Assembly: GCA_024275415.1 (NCBI GenBank)
Contig: JAJRZD010000043.1
Coordinates: 60,001 to 92,000 of the forward strand
Direction: 5' to 3'
Source: an archaeon
Lineage (GTDB): Archaea; Asgardarchaeota; Thorarchaeia; Thorarchaeales; Thorarchaeaceae
DNA: 32,000 bases
The position numbers were made by a program, and so were the translations under genes. The notes under the pieces are model-generated. The model was not told the origin of the DNA. It worked only from the letters and a program-made list of their open reading frames with translations, and did not search any database. This document shows positions 26,670-32,000 of this stretch, in pieces (position 1 is the stretch's first letter; every line of letters begins with the position of its first letter).

Positions 26670-26674
26670 AAGTG

Positions 26675-26736
26675 TTTAAACTGGATATGACCAGATATTT
26701 AAAATATGATTACCAAGTAGCTACCAAGGTAGTATA
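26675..26736. promoter_or_regulatory. Divergent promoter/operator region between the HTH gene and MTase 2
   Basis: TTTAAA at 26675-26680 and 26698-26703 flank CTGG-N6-CCAG. The tandem TACCAAGTAG / CTACCAAGGTAG (26711-26732) contains the inverted repeat CTACC-AA-GGTAG just before ATG 26737. Confidence 0.45.
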
Positions 26737-27663
26737 ATGCCCTATAAGCTCTATAATTCAGATGCTTTCGACTGGCTTGAATCACAAGAAGCCAATATTC
26801 TACATGCGATAGTAACAGATCCACCTTATGGTTTACAGGAGTACACTTCAAAGGAACTCTCAAAGATGCGAAAGGGGAAAGGAGGGGTTTGGCGAATCCC
26901 ACCTAGTTTTGATGGTGCGAAAAGAAGACCTCAGCCAAGATTTACTATTCTAAACAATGATGAATTAAATGATATTAAAAACTGGTTTGAAAAATTTGGG
27001 AATGCAACATTTAGGGTACTTAGACCTGGTGCACATGTGATTATTGCCTCAAATTCACTTCTATTCCCCTATGTCGCAATTGGGATGAAAGATTCAGGAT
27101 TTGAATTCCGAGGCTCTGTTGCTAGACTTGTTAGAACTCTTCGTGGAGGCGATAGACCAAAGAATGGACATAAAGAATTCAATATGGTTTCATCAGCGCC
27201 AAGAAGTTGTTGGGAGCCTTGGTTAATATTCAGAAAACCGTTTAAAGGAACCTTAGTAGAAAATCTGCGAAAATGGGAAACTGGGGGTCTTCAACGAATA
27301 TCCGAAGAAACACCCTTTCTTGATGTTCTCCAATCACAACGTACTCCATTGAATGAGCGAAGAATCTCAGATCATCCATCCCTCAAACCCCAGAGTCTGA
27401 TGAGGTATTTTGCGAAAGCTGTACTACCACTCGATCGTGGAACCATTCTAGATCCTTTCATGGGGGGCGGTTCAACAATTGCAGCAGCGGAATATTTCGG
27501 GTTTGAGTCAATCGGGATTGAAATAGACAAGATATTTTTTGATATAGCTAAGAATGGCATTCCATTGTTAGCAAAATTAGATGTGAGAATTAACGGATTT
27601 CAGGATGATACTACTTTTTCAGACAAAGGTACAACAATAACGCAGGAAAAACTGGAATTTTGA
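26737..27663 (+). CDS. Site-specific N4-C/N6-A DNA methyltransferase (beta class)
   Basis: IVTDPPYG, HPSLKPQ, ILDPFMGGGST and SIGIEID motifs. Confidence 0.94.
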   Translation: MPYKLYNSDAFDWLESQEANILHAIVTDPPYGLQEYTSKELSKMRKGKGGVWRIPPSFDGAKRRPQPRFTILNNDELNDIKNWFEKFGNATFRVLRPGAHVIIASNSLLFPYVAIGMKDSGFEFRGSVARLVRTLRGGDRPKNGHKEFNMVSSAPRSCWEPWLIFRKPFKGTLVENLRKWETGGLQRISEETPFLDVLQSQRTPLNERRISDHPSLKPQSLMRYFAKAVLPLDRGTILDPFMGGGSTIAAAEYFGFESIGIEIDKIFFDIAKNGIPLLAKLDVRINGFQDDTTFSDKGTTITQEKLEF

Positions 27664-27857
27664 TGAATTTGGAATATAGTAGATGTATTTCGATATAATC
27701 GCAGAAAGAAAATGGGAGGGATGAGTCTTTGGATGGGGCAAGCGTGGATCATATACAGTCACAACAAGTCGGGCTAGTCATCGGAAATACGCCAAGTTCT
27801 CCTGAATCCAGGGTGGGACATACTCTGGAAAAAAGAGCATCCGTCGAAGGAAGACCT

Positions 27858-28289
27858 TCAATTGACAGATGCTTCGGCTTCTGAACTCGAATCCTCTACG
27901 GACATCGAGTTGGATAGTTCGTCAACCAACTCGAAAAGAGCCCTGCCGAGGACACCACCAAAGCCTCCTAGCAACCCCCCAATCACGACACTGATTGTGA
28001 TAACGATCCAGCCTCCTGAAATGCCAAGTAGCCCGATAAAGAACCCTGCAATAGCAAGCGCCTGAGATGTCAGGATAAGATACACGAACAGGATGAACCA
28101 TGCCAGCGCAACCCCGGTGAAGCCGGAAATGAATGCGCATCGGGTTCGTCGCGTGAACAGTCCTGCAAATGCGCCCGCAACAAGCATCGTGACCCAGACC
28201 CCACTTAATTGTAGGGCAATTGCAATGACCGTCACCACGATTATAGTCGGAAGAATCCCAAGAGACGGGAATGTGTCTTCTAATCTCAT
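27858..28289 (-). CDS. Small multi-pass membrane protein (Gly-rich) with acidic C-tail
   Basis: 143 aa with four hydrophobic Gly-rich helices; ATGA-coupled to the acylase gene. Confidence 0.78.
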   Translation of the reverse strand: MRLEDTFPSLGILPTIIVVTVIAIALQLSGVWVTMLVAGAFAGLFTRRTRCAFISGFTGVALAWFILFVYLILTSQALAIAGFFIGLLGISGGWIVITISVVIGGLLGGFGGVLGRALFELVDELSNSMSVEDSSSEAEASVN

Positions 28290-30871
28290 AGCGTTCCCTC
28301 CTTCGGCATCATAATAATTGTGTATTCTATTGCTCCTGAACCGCCATAATCTGCGGCAAACTTGGTCGCGGTCGAGATGAAGTACTCCTCGGTGTAACTA
28401 TAGTGCTTTGTGGTGGGGTCATAATCGAACCAGAGGTCAAACAGATCGTCCCAGTGTTTCGAGAACATCACTTGGCTTTGCCCTCCTGGATATACAGTGT
28501 AGAATTTGGAAGTCGTTCCAAAATCAACAACCATTCTCCTCGAAGGACCATGCTTGACCTGCCATCCCCCAGCGACGTTCACCGTGTATATGCTTCCTCT
28601 ATGTGCCTCGTTCCCTATCGAGGTCATATCTGCCAAATGGTCAATCACAATAGTGTGGTGCAAGCCGTATATCCAGTCCGCAGTACTGTTTCCTAGTTCT
28701 GAGCGGATTGTTGCACTTGCAGATTGTAGAGCAGCCACAAGGATATCGTTCATTGATTCCGGTTTCTGTGTAGATTTGTCATCAAGGTAGTAGCTGATGT
28801 TCTCCTTCAGTATCCACTCTAGCACTGGTGTGAATGCATATCGAAGGCTCACATCGGCGCGGGTTAGCTCATCGAATATGTTCTGCTTTATCGAGTCCAA
28901 CAGATATACCCAGATCGTTGGAGCAGTCAGGTTTGTTTCCATGGAAAAGTCCCATTGCTCGAGGATATCGATAATCTCCTGCACATCCGAATCGCCATTC
29001 CCAGCCGCATCCCATGCATCTAGGACGTAGGGTATGATGATCCTTGCAGGGATATCAACCACATCCGCCTGAAGCACCATGAGATCCTCTGCTGTGACAG
29101 AGGACGCTCCTGCAAGCCATTCGTTGATCCGACGTGCTCTGTAACCCTCATCCTGTGGTCCCAATATCTTGTATCCGATTTCATCAGGGTCGATGGAAAG
29201 CTGGTTCGCAGTCTGAATGTATCCCGATACTGGGTTTACGGCTCGCGGATTATATGCATAGGGGATGAACCCAATCATTCCTACATTCGGGTCGGAGCCA
29301 CTGACAGGATATTTGCCCGAGTACCCAGACCTGACGGGCATTTTACCGGCCACAGTGACTGCGATGTTCCCTTCTGTGTCAGCATAGATGAAGTTGTGGG
29401 GAGGCCCGTCCCACCAATAGAGTGCGTCAAAATAGTCCTCAAGGGTGTCTGCACGGTTCAACAGCCCTAACGCCAGCATCTCATGAGTCACGCCATTCCC
29501 AGTCCAGTTCATTGCGATATTGGCAAGTCCGTATGTGTCGCCCAATATTCCATCGATGCAAGGCCCATGGATTGACCAGTTCACGCTGAAATCAACGACA
29601 TCTCCACCCTTGACCTTGATAGGCTCTTCGACTACATTGAAGGGCAACCATTCATCTCCATACCTGTACTCTGAAGCGTTGGACGGATTGATTTCTTCAA
29701 CAAACAAGTCGACGAAATCTGCACCCATGTTCGTCATCCCCCATGCAATGTTTGCTGTATGGCCGATGAGCACCCCTGGAGTCCCGGGCAGTGTTCCACC
29801 TTGGACATTGAGGAGTCCTGGGATGACAATCTGTGCCTCATACCAGAGGGATGGCGCTTGGAGTGAGAGATGGGGGTCATTCGCAAGCAATGCGCCTCCG
29901 GATGCTGACTTGTCGCCATTGACAGCCCAACTGTTACTGCCTACATACTCTTGATCTCCAAAGACCCTTGTCACTTCCTCAAAGACTTTCAGAAGAGGTT
30001 CATATTCGGGCTGAACCAGCAAGTCACCTATATCTTCCTCGACCACGACCGAATCAGATTGAAGCACTGCGGGCCAACCACCTGGTGCGTATGGATAATC
30101 ATCGATACTGAGGTTGTATTGCTCCTGCACGATGGGCACGGTGTATGGCCAGACTGATGGCAGGATCTCGTGGTACATAGTATCGTTATTCAGCTTGGTT
30201 CTTAGTATCAGCCTGTCGAGGTCTCTTATAGCACCAGATAGTCCCCAAGTCATGTATTTAGCCCAGATGAATGAATTGACCTCTTGCCATGGGTCTGGGG
30301 TGTAACCTAACAGCTTGAACTCGATGGGCATATTGGCGCTCGTCATTGAATTGATGAAAGCGTTTACCCCATGGGTCAGTCCTCTATTCGCCTCTAGTGC
30401 ATAAGCCACATCCGTGCTGGTGTTCTCATTCTCAAGATACCACTCGAACGTTTCAACAGCTGACTTTCGGAGCCCAACCGACCTGTGAAACATATCGGTG
30501 GTGACAGCCCTCTCGCCCACCACCTCACTGATGCGCCCTGCTGCGAGATAGGTCTGCATCACCATCTGGAACAGCCGATCTTTTGCCTGCATGTATCCAA
30601 GGCCAGTGAATGCATCAAAGACGGACTCTGCATAGATGTGCGGGATACCCCATTCATCGATGATTATGGTGATCTCGGAATCAATCCCAGGGATGACAAT
30701 CCTCTGGTCGGATTGTTGGTCAAGCCCACGTCCCACATCAAATATGCCTCCCACAGGCTGGATGATCCCCAACCCTCCTGAAAGAGGGCCTATAGGCATG
30801 GAGAGAAGGACAATCAGGGCAATAGGCCCAACAAGTGATAGTAAGAATTTGGCAGTTGCTGCTCGTTTCAT
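28286..30871 (-). CDS. Penicillin acylase family protein (Ntn hydrolase, peptidase S45), N-terminally membrane-anchored
   Basis: DEWGIPHIYA, GYMQAKDRLFQM, nucleophile motif GSNSWAV, LLANDPHL, NFIYAD, GPSRRMVVD and PGGQS. Confidence 0.95.
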   Translation of the reverse strand: MKRAATAKFLLSLVGPIALIVLLSMPIGPLSGGLGIIQPVGGIFDVGRGLDQQSDQRIVIPGIDSEITIIIDEWGIPHIYAESVFDAFTGLGYMQAKDRLFQMVMQTYLAAGRISEVVGERAVTTDMFHRSVGLRKSAVETFEWYLENENTSTDVAYALEANRGLTHGVNAFINSMTSANMPIEFKLLGYTPDPWQEVNSFIWAKYMTWGLSGAIRDLDRLILRTKLNNDTMYHEILPSVWPYTVPIVQEQYNLSIDDYPYAPGGWPAVLQSDSVVVEEDIGDLLVQPEYEPLLKVFEEVTRVFGDQEYVGSNSWAVNGDKSASGGALLANDPHLSLQAPSLWYEAQIVIPGLLNVQGGTLPGTPGVLIGHTANIAWGMTNMGADFVDLFVEEINPSNASEYRYGDEWLPFNVVEEPIKVKGGDVVDFSVNWSIHGPCIDGILGDTYGLANIAMNWTGNGVTHEMLALGLLNRADTLEDYFDALYWWDGPPHNFIYADTEGNIAVTVAGKMPVRSGYSGKYPVSGSDPNVGMIGFIPYAYNPRAVNPVSGYIQTANQLSIDPDEIGYKILGPQDEGYRARRINEWLAGASSVTAEDLMVLQADVVDIPARIIIPYVLDAWDAAGNGDSDVQEIIDILEQWDFSMETNLTAPTIWVYLLDSIKQNIFDELTRADVSLRYAFTPVLEWILKENISYYLDDKSTQKPESMNDILVAALQSASATIRSELGNSTADWIYGLHHTIVIDHLADMTSIGNEAHRGSIYTVNVAGGWQVKHGPSRRMVVDFGTTSKFYTVYPGGQSQVMFSKHWDDLFDLWFDYDPTTKHYSYTEEYFISTATKFAADYGGSGAIEYTIIMMPKEGTL

Positions 30872-30934
30872 CCGAATCACCCAAATGAAGAACTGCCAAA
30901 CAGTGTGCTCCGTTCCTCTTAAAGATTCTTAAAC

Positions 30935-30970
30935 TCCCGACCAGCCAGGACATCGGGACTGGTATTCCTG
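30935..30970 (+). other. Possible H-type pseudoknot / structured leader element upstream of the transcarbamylase
   Basis: TCCCGA(30935-40)/TCGGGA(30953-58) and CAGGA(30946-50)/TCCTG(30966-70) are interleaved complementary blocks. ACCAG/CTGGT are also complementary. Confidence 0.3.
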
Positions 30971-31018
30971 CGTTACCTTTTTGAGCAAACAACGTTTCCT
31001 TTGAGCTCCGTGATTATA

Positions 31019-32000
31019 ATGGTCAAATCAGAAACATTTCGAGGAAGGGACTTCATCACTCTTCTCGACTATTCGAAAGAGGAGATCGAGACCCTGATTG
31101 ACGTAGCGATTGATCTGAAGAAGAAATATGCCCTTCGAGAACCGCACAAGCTGCTGGATGCTCGAACATTGTTCATGATTTTCTACAACCAGTCCCTCCG
31201 AACCCGCAACTCCTTTGAGGCAGGTATGACTCAACTTGGCGGACATGCACACTTCCTAGACCCGAGCAAGATTTATGCTCCAGCTCTGGAAGGCGATGAG
31301 AAAGCCTATTCAACTGAACGCGTTTCAGATGTGGCTCGTGTTCTTGCGAGAATGGGTGATGGGATTGCCATTAGATGCTATGGTGACCCTGTAGGATGGG
31401 TTTATGGACGTGCTAATGAGATTATCAACAACTTTGCACACTGGTCACATATCCCAGTCATCAATATGGAAGATGACAAGTATCATCCTTGTCAGGCACT
31501 CGCCGATATAATGACAGTCAAAGAGAAGTTCGGCAAGTTCAAGGATGTCAAATTCGTCATGAGCTGGGCATACAGCCCCTCGGTTCACAAACCCTTGGCC
31601 GTCCCACAAAGTGCAATCATCGCAGCGACCAAGATGGGATGTGAAACAGTATTAGCGCATCCGAAAGGCATGGAGCTAGATGATGAAGTCATCAAAGCAT
31701 GCAAGGGCTTTGCTGAGGAGAACGAATCAAGCTTCGAGATCGTCTATGACATGGATGAGGCATTTGAAGGTGCTCATATTGTCTATCCAAAGGCATGGAC
31801 ATGCAGGGACTTCATCCCTCCGTGGAACGACAAACCAGAGCTTGAGAAGTCACAGGAGATTTTCGACAAGAACAAGCACTGGATCTGTGATGACGACAAG
31901 ATGAAGATTGCAGGTTCGAAGGCGATGTACATGCACTGCTTGCCTTGTGACCGCGGGTTCGAAGTGACCAACTCGGTCATTGATGGTCCTCAGTCAATCG
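31019..32000 (+). CDS. YgeW-like (knotted) transcarbamylase, ornithine/aspartate carbamoyltransferase superfamily; truncated by window edge
   Basis: Not in the ORF track. Manual translation MVKSETFRGRDFITLLDY... contains SLRTRNSF, HPCQALAD, SWAYSPSVHKPLAVPQS and HCLPCDRG. Confidence 0.9.
   Translation, partial: MVKSETFRGRDFITLLDYSKEEIETLIDVAIDLKKKYALREPHKLLDARTLFMIFYNQSLRTRNSFEAGMTQLGGHAHFLDPSKIYAPALEGDEKAYSTERVSDVARVLARMGDGIAIRCYGDPVGWVYGRANEIINNFAHWSHIPVINMEDDKYHPCQALADIMTVKEKFGKFKDVKFVMSWAYSPSVHKPLAVPQSAIIAATKMGCETVLAHPKGMELDDEVIKACKGFAEENESSFEIVYDMDEAFEGAHIVYPKAWTCRDFIPPWNDKPELEKSQEIFDKNKHWICDDDKMKIAGSKAMYMHCLPCDRGFEVTNSVIDGPQSI

Noticed and set aside
25149-27857. Insertion sequence or att-site repeats bounding the methyltransferase island
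   Set aside because: There is no transposase or integrase, and only a 7-bp ACAAGTC match on both sides, which is expected by chance.
1-32000. CRISPR array or rRNA genes
   Set aside because: No regularly spaced direct repeats and no long non-coding stretch; the largest intergenic gap is about 340 bp.

Overview
A 32-kb, gene-dense archaeal window. My inference is an Asgard archaeon, probably Thorarchaeia-like, based on the NosD/CASH surface protein style, the HdrABC-MvhD operon, the penicillin acylase and short or leaderless 5' ends. About 33 genes can be supported. The core is a six-gene, fully translationally coupled operon, hdrC-hdrB-hdrA1-hdrA2-mvhD-wHTH. Its two HdrA paralogs have complementary domain losses, and a 24-bp near-perfect palindrome lies upstream. 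There are two accessory patches. The first holds an MNT-HEPN toxin-antitoxin pair whose toxin seems to start at ATA, plus a TGA-interrupted paralog of a zinc-ribbon gene. The second is an AT-rich island with two DNA methyltransferases and an HTH regulator; the first MTase carries a tail that looks like a restriction-endonuclease remnant. Other notable genes are a two-domain arrestin-fold gene split by an in-frame TAG, a stand-alone EutA-like reactivase, a cytoplasmic gingipain/caspase-fold (C25-like) protease, and a YgeW-like transcarbamylase preceded by a possible pseudoknot. No rRNA, tRNA, CRISPR array or transposase was found. All family assignments come from motifs recognised by eye; no database searches were run.
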